A stretch of 64,000 nt of DNA from the NCBI GenBank assembly GCA_050261575.1, contig JBLNDL010000042.1, positions 1 through 64,000 of the forward strand, given 5' to 3'. Source of the stretch: Sphingomonadaceae bacterium. GTDB taxonomy: Bacteria > Chloroflexota > UBA6077. Every line of letters starts with the position of its first letter. Position 1 is the stretch's first letter. Of the stretch, positions 17,616 through 25,809 are shown piece by piece. A model generated the notes under the pieces. That model ran no database searches. It was given only the letters and a program-made list of their open reading frames with translations, and had not been told where the DNA came from. A program made the position numbers and the translations under genes.

Positions 17616-18038
17616 TCATGCCCCGGCTCCCATCAGCGCCATCTGCCGCGCCGGCGGCGAGGGGCGGAGCGGCAGCGCCTCCGCCAGCTCCTCCCAGGCC
17701 TCCCCAGCCAGCTCCCACCAGCGCTCCATCTGCTCCGCATAGCGTCCCTGGAGCCGGTCCAGACCCCCGTCAGCTGACGCCACCGCCGCCGCGTCTCCGG
17801 CCAGCTCCGCCATGGCCCGCCGCTCCCACGTGGCCATGATCTCCGCGTAGGTGGCCAGGACCTCCTCCTGGGCCTGGAGCAGCTGCCGGATCTCCCACTT
17901 CCGGATCGCGAGATCATCCCTGGTCGCTTGATCGACGGCCCCGGCCGGGGCAGCCACCCGCAGCACACCGTTCTCCACCCACAGGGCCGCACCCGACCGC
18001 CAAAGAGCCACCAGCAAACGCGCGTCCGACGTGCTCAT
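17616..18038 (-). CDS. Primase-associated protein with TubC-N-like domain
   Basis: LWVENGVLRVAAPAGAV...LAIRKWEIRQLL; ATGA overlap with primase. Confidence 0.55.
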   Translation of the reverse strand: MSTSDARLLVALWRSGAALWVENGVLRVAAPAGAVDQATRDDLAIRKWEIRQLLQAQEEVLATYAEIMATWERRAMAELAGDAAAVASADGGLDRLQGRYAEQMERWWELAGEAWEELAEALPLRPSPPARQMALMGAGA

Positions 18039-20623
18039 AGGTCGATGATCTCCATCTCAGCGTCGTTACTTGGTGACGCATCGGTGACGGGTGACGCAAG
18101 GTGACGCGGATTCCCGATTCCCCCCGCGAGAGATTTTTCATATGGCGTCAATCCGGAAACTGCGTCACTATGCGTCACCCTGGCGGATGCGTCACCCAAC
18201 GTCATATCCGCTGCATCATTATCTTTGACGGCATTAGGCAAGATTTTTTCGAGGGGTTTTTGACGTAATGTCGATAACTCGTCAACAATGCCCTCAATAT
18301 CAACTGTAGATCTACTGGCTCTCGGGTCATTTTTCGGACCCTGCCCCTCTATAAGCTGTCTAGATGAGCCATTCTCGAGGGGGTCAGGTTCGATTTTTTG
18401 GGGAGTCCGAGAAATAACGGGCATATGCTCGGAATCGGCGATTGTTATGGGCATAGGCTCGATACTAGCGGGCATGTGCTCGAAATCACCCTGGATAGGT
18501 CGGGGCCGGCCCTCCTCGTCCACCGTCAGCCGGAGACCGGTCCACTGGCGGACCCCGCCATGCCCACGACGGTCAGCGAATCCCCGCTCGGCGAGCCTGA
18601 GACCGAGGCTGCGCTGGCTCATCACCCGCTCGCCTGTTCGCTCCGCCCAGCCCTTGTACACACGGTAGATATCGGCGGCCTTCTCGGAGGCCCCGGGCTG
18701 GATCTGGCAGCACTCCTCCAGGAAACCGCCGATGGCGTCCATCTCGCTGCGGTATCCTTCGGTCGCCTCCCTGACCTCGCGGGGTGGCCGGAGGCCCTCC
18801 CGCTGCCACGTCAGGCACCCCTCCACGGCCCAGCGCAGGATACCCGGCATCTCCGACCGCAGCCTGGCGGGGAGCCCCGGGTCTTGCTCCTCGTCGGGGA
18901 TCCGCACCGTGAAGGGGACCAGCCGGATCCGATCCCAGATTGCCTTATCCGTCCCCGAGATCTGGGGCTTATGGTTGGTACCCAGCCAGAGCTTGAACTG
19001 GGGCCGGTACTCGAACCACTCGCCGCGCATGAAACGGGCGGCGATGGGTTCTCCACCTGTGACGTCCTTCACCAGCGACTCGTCGAGCCGTCGGCCTTGG
19101 GACGCCTCAGCCGCCGTCACATAGCGTGCGCCCTGGAGCCTCGCCAGGTCGTTGGGGATCGCCCCCTCGCCCTTGGTCATGAGGGTCTCAGTGGGGGTGC
19201 GCATGCCGTATTCTCCAAGGAGCTCGCGCACCGTGTTGAGGAACGTGCTCTTTCCGTTGCGGCCGACACCCCACAGGATGAACACAACCCGCTCGTGCGT
19301 CACGCCTGTCAGGCTGTAGCCCACCGCGCGCTGGAGGAAGGCAATCAGCTCCGCCTTCCCGTCCATGATCCGGTCGAGGAAGGCGTCCCAGGTGGGACAC
19401 CTGGCATCGGGGTCGTAGACGGTGGTCGCGACCTTGGTGATCCGGTCTTCTCGACGGTGGGGCCGCAACTCGGCGGTTCGCAGATCCAGGGTGCCGTTCA
19501 CCACGTTCAGCAGCCAGGGATCGCGGTCGAAGTCGTCTGGCGTCGCGATGAACTCGGGCTCGCTCTGGGCCCACTCCAGCATGGAGCGCAGCCGCCGCAC
19601 CTGCTGGCACTGGATCGCCCACTTGGCCAGCTCGGTGCGCTCATCGTCTGAGCTGGACTCCGCCGCCTCCACCAGAAGGTTTCGGATCACCTCCTTGCCG
19701 CGTCGCTCCACCTCGGCGGTGGCGTCGACCTGCCATCGGCGACCGTCCCACGCTATCCACTTGCCCCACAGATGGCAGTAGAGGAGGTCGGAGCCGTGGC
19801 GGGCGACCAGGCGCCGTGCGTTGCCCATGTCGGTTAGCGGTAGCCTCTCGTCCACTTGGTCCGTCCGCTCCAGGTCGTCCCTGGCGAGGGAGAGGAGGTC
19901 ATGGACTGTGTACCCGGCGGCGAGATAGTCGTCCAGGCCCATCTTGGCGCCGCCTTCCCCTGTGGGCAGGTAAATGATCCGCACCCGGGCGCCCCGCGAG
20001 CCGAGAAAAGAGCGGAGGCGGCGCAGGGCCGCGGCGACATCTGGCTTGGTGGTCACGTCGGAGTCGAAGGCGAGGTAGACCTGCCGGCCGTTCAGGGCGA
20101 TGCTCTCCCAGTCAGGTAGGGCGGTCTTGCCGCCGTCCTCGTTGGTGCCCCGCCAGTTCCAGACGCCCAGTATGTCGACGCAGCACAGACCCTTGCTGAC
20201 GGCCGCGTCTGCCTTGCGGACGCCCTCGGTGATGAAGAGGGGCCGCTTGGGATCGCCCAGCCACGGCCGTGCCGGCGGGGGAACGTCCAGCATCATCCTG
20301 GAGCCCTGGATCGTCTCGTACTTGATGGTCCGGACCTTGCCATCGTGCTGCCGCACCCTGGGCTGGTCGGGACGGAGTTGATAGCTGCCGATCTGGCCAT
20401 CGACGCCCCAGATGGGGATGAGGAGCCCGGGTACGTGGAGCTGGACGTCGCCGAAGCCGAGACGCTTCAGCTCGGCCTTTCGGGTCACGGAGCGATAGCC
20501 CCTGGCTGTTGCAACGCCGGGGGATATGGCTGATGCGCCTATGAGCTGTGCATGGTGCGGCAGGAGCAGCGCCGACGCGTCGCCACTGCCTGCCGAGATG
20601 GATCCGTTGCCGCCGTCTGGCAT
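18035..20623 (-). CDS. Primase-helicase (DUF3854 Toprim + D5_N + SF3 helicase; P4-family)
   Basis: ITEGVRKAD, AFDSD, GLDDYL Toprim motifs; TDMGNARR; Walker A GVGRNGKST; DKAIWDRI. Confidence 0.92.
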   Translation of the reverse strand: MPDGGNGSISAGSGDASALLLPHHAQLIGASAISPGVATARGYRSVTRKAELKRLGFGDVQLHVPGLLIPIWGVDGQIGSYQLRPDQPRVRQHDGKVRTIKYETIQGSRMMLDVPPPARPWLGDPKRPLFITEGVRKADAAVSKGLCCVDILGVWNWRGTNEDGGKTALPDWESIALNGRQVYLAFDSDVTTKPDVAAALRRLRSFLGSRGARVRIIYLPTGEGGAKMGLDDYLAAGYTVHDLLSLARDDLERTDQVDERLPLTDMGNARRLVARHGSDLLYCHLWGKWIAWDGRRWQVDATAEVERRGKEVIRNLLVEAAESSSDDERTELAKWAIQCQQVRRLRSMLEWAQSEPEFIATPDDFDRDPWLLNVVNGTLDLRTAELRPHRREDRITKVATTVYDPDARCPTWDAFLDRIMDGKAELIAFLQRAVGYSLTGVTHERVVFILWGVGRNGKSTFLNTVRELLGEYGMRTPTETLMTKGEGAIPNDLARLQGARYVTAAEASQGRRLDESLVKDVTGGEPIAARFMRGEWFEYRPQFKLWLGTNHKPQISGTDKAIWDRIRLVPFTVRIPDEEQDPGLPARLRSEMPGILRWAVEGCLTWQREGLRPPREVREATEGYRSEMDAIGGFLEECCQIQPGASEKAADIYRVYKGWAERTGERVMSQRSLGLRLAERGFADRRGHGGVRQWTGLRLTVDEEGRPRPIQGDFEHMPASIEPMPITIADSEHMPVISRTPQKIEPDPLENGSSRQLIEGQGPKNDPRASRSTVDIEGIVDELSTLRQKPLEKILPNAVKDNDAADMTLGDASARVTHSDAVSGLTPYEKSLAGGIGNPRHLASPVTDASPSNDAEMEIIDL
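18072..18330. repeat. Iteron cluster, candidate replication origin inside the primase 3' end
   Basis: GGTGACG x4 (18072-18107) facing TGCGTCAC x3 (18161-18195), followed by an AT-rich tract. Confidence 0.7.
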
Positions 20624-20669
20624 CGATCACCTCGCTGCAACAACCTCGTTGCTCTGGGCAAAAAAGGGG

Positions 20670-21017
20670 CTAGTTGCGGGGCCACGCGACCGTCATCGCG
20701 CGCCAGTCAAGGGACGGCCAGGCCAGCATCTCCGCGAGTCGGTAACGCCCGCGGCCGTCCACCCGGGCCATGAGCCCGGCCGTGTGGTCGATGCCGTGCA
20801 CCCTAGCCACGCACTCGGGGTCCAGCTCCAGGTGGAGCCAGTCCGGCGAGATCGGCTCCACCGGCGCCCGCGCCACCCGTCCGGCCCGCTGCTCTAGGCC
20901 CGGCGGTCGGGGCCGCCCCCGCCGCAGCACCACCATCCCTCGGCGCCGGCACCGGAGCACCAGCCCGGCCGCCAGCTGGCCCGCCGCCACGCCCAGTCGG
21001 ATCGCCTCCATCTCCAC
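20670..21017 (-). CDS. Hypothetical phage protein
   Basis: GAGGAG RBS; in early operon. Confidence 0.45.
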   Translation of the reverse strand: MEMEAIRLGVAAGQLAAGLVLRCRRRGMVVLRRGRPRPPGLEQRAGRVARAPVEPISPDWLHLELDPECVARVHGIDHTAGLMARVDGRGRYRLAEMLAWPSLDWRAMTVAWPRN

Positions 21018-21030
21018 GCTGCTCCTCCTC

Positions 21031-21528
21031 TCAGAGCCGGCCCTCGTCGAGCGCCTCGAGTACCAGACCCGCCCACGCGCGCATCGACCACGAGGGATTG
21101 CGGGCCGAGAACTCGCGCAGGTTGCGCTCGCCGGCCCAAGCCAGATACTCGTCCACGGTAACGCCCAGCCGGGCCAGCCAGCGTCGCATGCCGGCAGTGG
21201 TGACGGGCTGCCACGATGCGGGTAGCCTCAGCCGACGTCCGCGCGCGAGGCTCTCCCACACCTCCATGTCGGCCCAGTCCTGGCGGAGGGCCTCCCTGCC
21301 CGCCGCCATCTTGGCGGTCAGGGCGGCGCGCAGCGCTGGCATGCTCGGGGTGCCTGCCGTCCCGAACCGGCCCGATTCTGCGGGCCGAGGCCCCTCTTGC
21401 TGGGGCGATAACGGCTGTAGATTGGGCCTCTCGCGGGGCGACTGGCCTACCACACAGGGTAGGGGGTTGTACGGGCGTACATGGCTCCCCAAGTCCCGTG
21501 ATTCCGCGCTGACCGGTTCGGCCACCAT
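21031..21528 (-). CDS. Hypothetical protein, paralogue of 23293-23727
   Basis: ATG 21528 with GGAGG; shared W..LA...RLP...LG....LAWAGER.L.....PSW..RA..GL.LE. Confidence 0.65.
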   Translation of the reverse strand: MVAEPVSAESRDLGSHVRPYNPLPCVVGQSPRERPNLQPLSPQQEGPRPAESGRFGTAGTPSMPALRAALTAKMAAGREALRQDWADMEVWESLARGRRLRLPASWQPVTTAGMRRWLARLGVTVDEYLAWAGERNLREFSARNPSWSMRAWAGLVLEALDEGRL

Positions 21529-21532
21529 AGCG

Positions 21533-21951
21533 CTAGTCCTCCTGCGCCTGTGCCTGCCCGTCGCGCCAGGCCGCTGCAATGCCCGGGTGCGCGGCCTCGA
21601 ACTGGCGAACGGCCCTCTCCGCCTCCGTGGCCTCGGCCTCCAGCCGGTCGCACCGGGCCACGGGGCCGCGGCCGACCGCGGCCCCGTGGCCCGCGCGGCC
21701 ATGCGCTCCGCGATGGCGAGCCGCTGGTAGGCGACGTCCATCTCGGCATGGAGCTGCCCGTAGATGTCCAGGAGCGCCTGCTGGTCCTGGGCGGCGGCGC
21801 TCTCTCGCCGCGCCTCCTGCCGCTCCAGGGCCGCCGCGATCCGCTCGAGCGCCGCGGCGATCCGCTCCAGGGGGGATAGGGCCGGGTCACTGCCGGCGGA
21901 CAGTATGCGGAGATCGAGATCCGGTGCGGTGAGCGGAGATAGGTTGGTCAC
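21533..21951 (-). pseudogene. Coiled-coil protein, apparently frameshifted at a perfect hairpin
   Basis: GTG 21951 with GGAGGTG; coding-like frame switches at ~21660 to VARCDRLEAE...QED*. Confidence 0.5.
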
Positions 21952-22223
21952 GCTGTCACCTCCTGGGGGGCGTGGTCGGGGCAGCCGGCCACCAGGGCCA
22001 GCAGCTCCCGAGAGGGGTACGCGAGCTCGTGGTCGCTGTAGCGGCGGGGGGCGCCGGCCGGGCAATGGAGATGTCCCAGGGCGCAGGTGGATCGGCGAAA
22101 GCCCATGCGGACCTCCTCCGGGGCGAGGTAGCGACAGTCCAGGCAGGGCAGGACTGGCGCAGGAGAGGGCTGGCGTCGGACGGTCACGGTGTCGCGTGTG
22201 GACCATAGAACGACGCGCTTCAT
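21948..22223 (-). CDS. Cys/His-rich hypothetical protein
   Basis: MKRVVLW start by ATGA overlap; CLDC, CALGHLHC. Confidence 0.5.
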   Translation of the reverse strand: MKRVVLWSTRDTVTVRRQPSPAPVLPCLDCRYLAPEEVRMGFRRSTCALGHLHCPAGAPRRYSDHELAYPSRELLALVAGCPDHAPQEVTA

Positions 22224-22354
22224 CGTCGGCTCCTCGCGACCCGCCGACGGGCTGCGGCAAGCAGCTCCTGGACGCCGAAGAAGGCAATGCTGAACAACGC
22301 GCCAGACATGATCGAGAACAGGACGAGGCTCCAGAAGGGATCCTCCGCGTACAT
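22220..22354 (-). CDS. 44-aa single-TM protein
   Basis: MYAEDPFWSLVLFSIMSGALFSIAFFGVQELL..; GGAGGTG RBS; not in ORF track. Confidence 0.6.
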   Translation of the reverse strand: MYAEDPFWSLVLFSIMSGALFSIAFFGVQELLAAARRRVARSRR

Positions 22355-22472
22355 ATCCACCTCCAGGCGCGGCGCACTGCCGCGAGAGCTCCAACCAGGT
22401 GATGCGCTAGGGGTACTCGCGCCCAGGGGAGGCGGGGTGTCCCGGCTCCCCGTGGGCGGTCTGGGGGGCCCG

Positions 22473-22709
22473 CTAGGCGGGCCCCTGGGCGGGCCGACCG
22501 CTCCGGCCGGCCTGGAGGAGGGCCCTACGCCACCCCTCCACCATCTGCTGGACCTCCCGCTCCACGGCGCGTCTCGCGCGGTGGAGCTCCAGGGCCCGGT
22601 CGTCCAGCGTCGGCCGGGCCCGCTGCTCCTCGAGCTGCTGGAGCTCGCTGTCGATCGCCTGCAGCTCCAGGAGCGACTCTGACAGTCACATGAGCTGTTT
22701 CAGATCCAT
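22473..22709 (-). pseudogene. Coiled-coil ORF with in-frame TGA at codon 8
   Basis: MDLKQLM*LSESLLELQAIDSELQQLEEQR... Confidence 0.45.
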
Positions 22710-23292
22710 CACCCTGCCAGGCTCCCGATCCTTGGCTTCCGGTAGGCTCTCCCACCACCGCCTGCTTGCCGGCCGGTGCAGCCCCGGCCGCGGGTGTGCT
22801 GGCCGGCTCCGTCTCACCACCGTCCCCGGCCGCCGCGTCGATCTCGTGCACATCACCTCCCTCCAGACCATCCGGGAACACCTCCCTGACTATCCGCGCG
22901 AAGGGGACCAGGAACTGGCGCACGAAGAGCCGCAAGATCTCCTCGTCGGGGTATTCGGTTCCATGCCCTCCAGCATCGGGCTCTGGCAGCGCCATCCTGA
23001 TCTCCCCTAGCCGTTCGACTGTGAGTCTGCCAAGTCCATGGGAATCCAACCATTGCCGAGTGGGTGCTCGGCGCAGCGGTGTCGCACCGCCGGCACCGGG
23101 TAATAGCGAGGATCGGTCACGTACGTGACAGTGGCCGGGTTGTGACAGCGCCAATGTCGGGCGAGTTTCGGACCGTACGGCCAGGCCCGCTCCAACCACT
23201 CCCTCTTGTAGTCACACCGCTTCATAGCCCCTCCATAGCTCGCCCTGCGGCCCACCAGCTCTGCTGCGAGATCCTCACCGCATCCTTCCCCG

Positions 23293-23727
23293 CTAAGCCG
23301 GCTCGGCCATGTCGTCCGCGGGAACCAGCTGCCTGCCGTCCGGACCGTCGACCTCCACCAGCTCGCGGTGCCGCCGGCGGATGATGTCCTCGTGCTCCAG
23401 GGCCAGACCTATGCAAGCTCGCAGGCCCCAGCTGGGATCCCGCTGGATGTACTCATCCAGAGAGCGCTCCCCTGCCCAGGCGAGGAAGGCGGCGACGGGT
23501 ATCCCCAGGGCGTGGAGCCGGCGCTCCAGTCCGGCGGGTGTGGCCACCACGTCCGGACCCGGCAACCGGACCCCCTTCTGCTTCGCGAGGGCGACCCACT
23601 CGCGGTCGTTGGGGCCACCGTCGTAGAGTCGTATGCCAGCCGCCGCCTGAGCTCTCTTGTGGGTGAGCCGGGCCGCATGGCTCCTGGCCGCCAGATCCCG
23701 CATGCGATGGCTGCTCGTCTCCACCAT
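23293..23727 (-). CDS. Hypothetical protein, paralogue of 21031-21528
   Basis: Shared LAWAGER...PSW motif block. Confidence 0.65.
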   Translation of the reverse strand: MVETSSHRMRDLAARSHAARLTHKRAQAAAGIRLYDGGPNDREWVALAKQKGVRLPGPDVVATPAGLERRLHALGIPVAAFLAWAGERSLDEYIQRDPSWGLRACIGLALEHEDIIRRRHRELVEVDGPDGRQLVPADDMAEPA

Positions 23728-23862
23728 CCCCTAGTCTCCAGGTAGCCCTGCGCCCGCACGAACCCCGCTTATTGCGGCTGTGGCAGCAGATGGGGGCAGG
23801 GGTGCTACGTCTACACCTCGGGGCTATCTCACCACTCTCAGTCAGGCAGGGCGGCGCGTCCT

Positions 23863-24090
23863 TCACGCGGCACCGCTGCTGGCCGCGTCCTGCTGACTCT
23901 CTGCCCGGTGCCGTCGCAGGATCTCCTGGTCGCGGTCGTAGGACTCCACGCCCCGCGTCAGCAGGGCGATGATGGCGCCGTTCCTCTTCATCCCCGGTTC
24001 GTTGGCCGCGATCCGCTCGACGTCTCTCAAGAGGCGCTCGGGCAGAGCGATCGAGAATTTGATCAGGCCGCCGCTGCTTCGGCTGGTCAC
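23863..24090 (-). CDS. Ribbon-helix-helix regulator in the Cro position
   Basis: IKFSIALPERLLRDVERIA...RNGAIIALL; GGAGG RBS; first gene of the leftward operon. Confidence 0.7.
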   Translation of the reverse strand: MTSRSSGGLIKFSIALPERLLRDVERIAANEPGMKRNGAIIALLTRGVESYDRDQEILRRHRAESQQDAASSGAA

Positions 24091-24134
24091 GCCTGCAACC
24101 TCCCATCAGTCCGTGCATCTACGTCGATGGCGAG

Positions 24135-24201
24135 ATGCTACCAAATTGGATGCAACGTGTCAACCCTTTACAACACCAAAATGCACCCAATCCGGTACAC
24201 T
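24135..24201. promoter_or_regulatory. Immunity region: leftward promoter and operator-like palindromes
   Basis: Minus TTGACA(24163-24158)-17-TAGCAT(24140-24135); TGCTACCAAATTGGATGCA (24136-24154); related site TGCACCCAATCCGGTA (24182-24197); plus-strand TACACT at 24196. Confidence 0.7.
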
Positions 24202-24210
24202 TCCTGGCTG

Positions 24211-24720
24211 ATGATCAGAGAACGTCTCTCCCAACTGATGGAAGCCAAGAAATGGAACCAGAGCGATCTGGCTCGAGAGCTTGGTGAACACCGGAACTGG
24301 GTGAACAAGCGCATCACCGGCCAAACGGAGATCAAGGCCGACGAAATCCCCCGCCTCGCCGCCGCCTTGGGGGTGAGCCCCTGTGCCTTCTTCGAGGAGG
24401 AGCTGGCTGCGGTCGAGCCTGCGGTGGAGCAGGCAGCCGAGCGGGCGGCGAAGATCGCCGTGGAGCGCATGCGGCAGGAGCTTCGGGAGGAGCTGAGGGC
24501 GACGATGGCGGAACTGCTGCCCCGAGGGCAAACGCCCCCTGAGGAACCACGAGTGGCGGAGGGGGAGGGGCCCTACAAGCCCTCCCTGGCGGAGATCTGG
24601 GCCAGGGGCAGGGTCCGGCAGTGGGAACGGCTATCCGAGGCGAAGCAGCGGCGGATCCTGGAGATCCTGGAGGAGCCGGAGGGGGCGCCGGAGGAGGGCG
24701 GGGTGGGGCCCGGGCCCTAG
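24211..24720 (+). CDS. CI-like XRE HTH repressor without S24 autopeptidase domain
   Basis: RERLSQLMEAKKWNQSDLARELG...WVNKRITGQTEI...LAAALGVS. Confidence 0.85.
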   Translation: MIRERLSQLMEAKKWNQSDLARELGEHRNWVNKRITGQTEIKADEIPRLAAALGVSPCAFFEEELAAVEPAVEQAAERAAKIAVERMRQELREELRATMAELLPRGQTPPEEPRVAEGEGPYKPSLAEIWARGRVRQWERLSEAKQRRILEILEEPEGAPEEGGVGPGP

Positions 24721-24782
24721 AGCCGGCGCTGTAGCAGCCGGCGCTACCGGTCACCGGGGGCCGGCAGGCCGGACCAAAAGTG

Positions 24783-24811
24783 TTGACAATAGTCAAAGCC
24801 GCGGGTATAGT
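24783..24811 (+). promoter_or_regulatory. Near-consensus sigma70 promoter of the accessory region
   Basis: TTGACA-17-TATAGT. Confidence 0.85.
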
Positions 24812-24816
24812 AGGGA

Positions 24817-24886
24817 GCGTAACCCCCCCAGTCACTTCGGCGGCTGGGTTTTGGGACCGCTCACGTCTGAGCGGTCCCTGTCTTTT
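24817..24886 (+). ncRNA. Putative short structured RNA/attenuator upstream of the NYN gene
   Basis: CCCAGTCAC-TTCG-GCGGCTGGG hairpin; GGGACCGCTCA-CGTC-TGAGCGGTCCC followed by TGTCTTTT. Confidence 0.6.
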
Positions 24887-24897
24887 GTGAGCCTTCG

Positions 24898-25593
24898 ATG
24901 AGCACTCGGCGCACTTGCGTCTACATCGACGGGTTCAACCTGTATTACGGCTGCCTGAAGAAGAGCAAGTACAAGTGGCTCGACTTGTCCAAGCTCTGCA
25001 CTTTGCTTTTGCCCGACCACACCATAGTGGGCATCAAGTACTTCACAGCCCGCGTTCGTCCCCGGCCCCAGGATCCCACTCAGGGTGTTCGGCAAGCCAC
25101 CTACCTGCGTGCGTTGCAGACTCTTCCCAACCTCGAGATCTATGAGGGGCATTTCCTCTCTCACCCGGCCTGGAGGCTGTTGGCTCCGCCACCTGAAGGG
25201 CACACAAGCCTTGCGCGAACGGGCGGTAATGGGGAGCCTGAGTACCTTGATGTGCCTGACGGAGCCCAGCGGGCTTACGTATGGGAGACAGAGGAGAAAG
25301 GCTCCGACGTCAACCTGGCAGCCCACTTGCTTGTGGACGGCTTCAGTGGAAGGTATGAGTTCGCTGTTGTGATCTCTAACGATTCCGATCTGGCGTCCCC
25401 CATCGAGATGGTCCGCCGTGAACTGGACCTTCCAGTCGGGATATTCAATCCCCATCGGAACAGCCCCAGCGCGCAGTTGGGCAAGGTGGCAGTCTTCCAG
25501 CGACCAATTTGGCCCAGGTTGCTCAAAGCTAGTCAGTTTCCTCCTGTGCTCTCAGACAAAATCGGTCTCATCTCCAAACCTGCCGAGTGGTGA
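24898..25593 (+). CDS. NYN/LabA-DUF88 PIN-fold ribonuclease
   Basis: VYIDGFNLYYG, EEKGSDVNLA, ISNDSDL. Confidence 0.9.
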   Translation: MSTRRTCVYIDGFNLYYGCLKKSKYKWLDLSKLCTLLLPDHTIVGIKYFTARVRPRPQDPTQGVRQATYLRALQTLPNLEIYEGHFLSHPAWRLLAPPPEGHTSLARTGGNGEPEYLDVPDGAQRAYVWETEEKGSDVNLAAHLLVDGFSGRYEFAVVISNDSDLASPIEMVRRELDLPVGIFNPHRNSPSAQLGKVAVFQRPIWPRLLKASQFPPVLSDKIGLISKPAEW

Positions 25594-25809
25594 GAATCTG
25601 CGACCTTCGGTGGCGACAGCTCGCCAGGGAAGCGGCAGCCCGAGGGCAAGCGACGCCGGATCCCGGAGGAGCCGGAGGGGCGACGCGCGCCCAGGCAAAA
25701 AGAGCCACAGGAACGGCTCACCCTGCTTTCCTGCAGCGGCAGCTGCGGAGCCGGCCGCAGCCTGTAGTAGGGTGAGGGTGAACAAGACACCAAGGAAGGA
25801 GGACGAGCA

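Noticed and set aside
18072..18204. CRISPR array or mini-array
   Set aside because: Repeats are 7-8 bp, in both orientations, without unique spacers; no cas genes in the window.
21031..22377. 448-aa ORF from the ORF track as a single gene
   Set aside because: Internal RBS/start pairs at 22354, 22223, 21951 and 21528 show several small genes; the long frame results from high GC and a frameshift.
4917..22709. Genome-wide TGA reassignment or selenocysteine in the provirus
   Set aside because: Many phage genes end in TGA with ATGA/GTGA overlaps, and the two contexts are not redox motifs; nonsense mutation is simpler.
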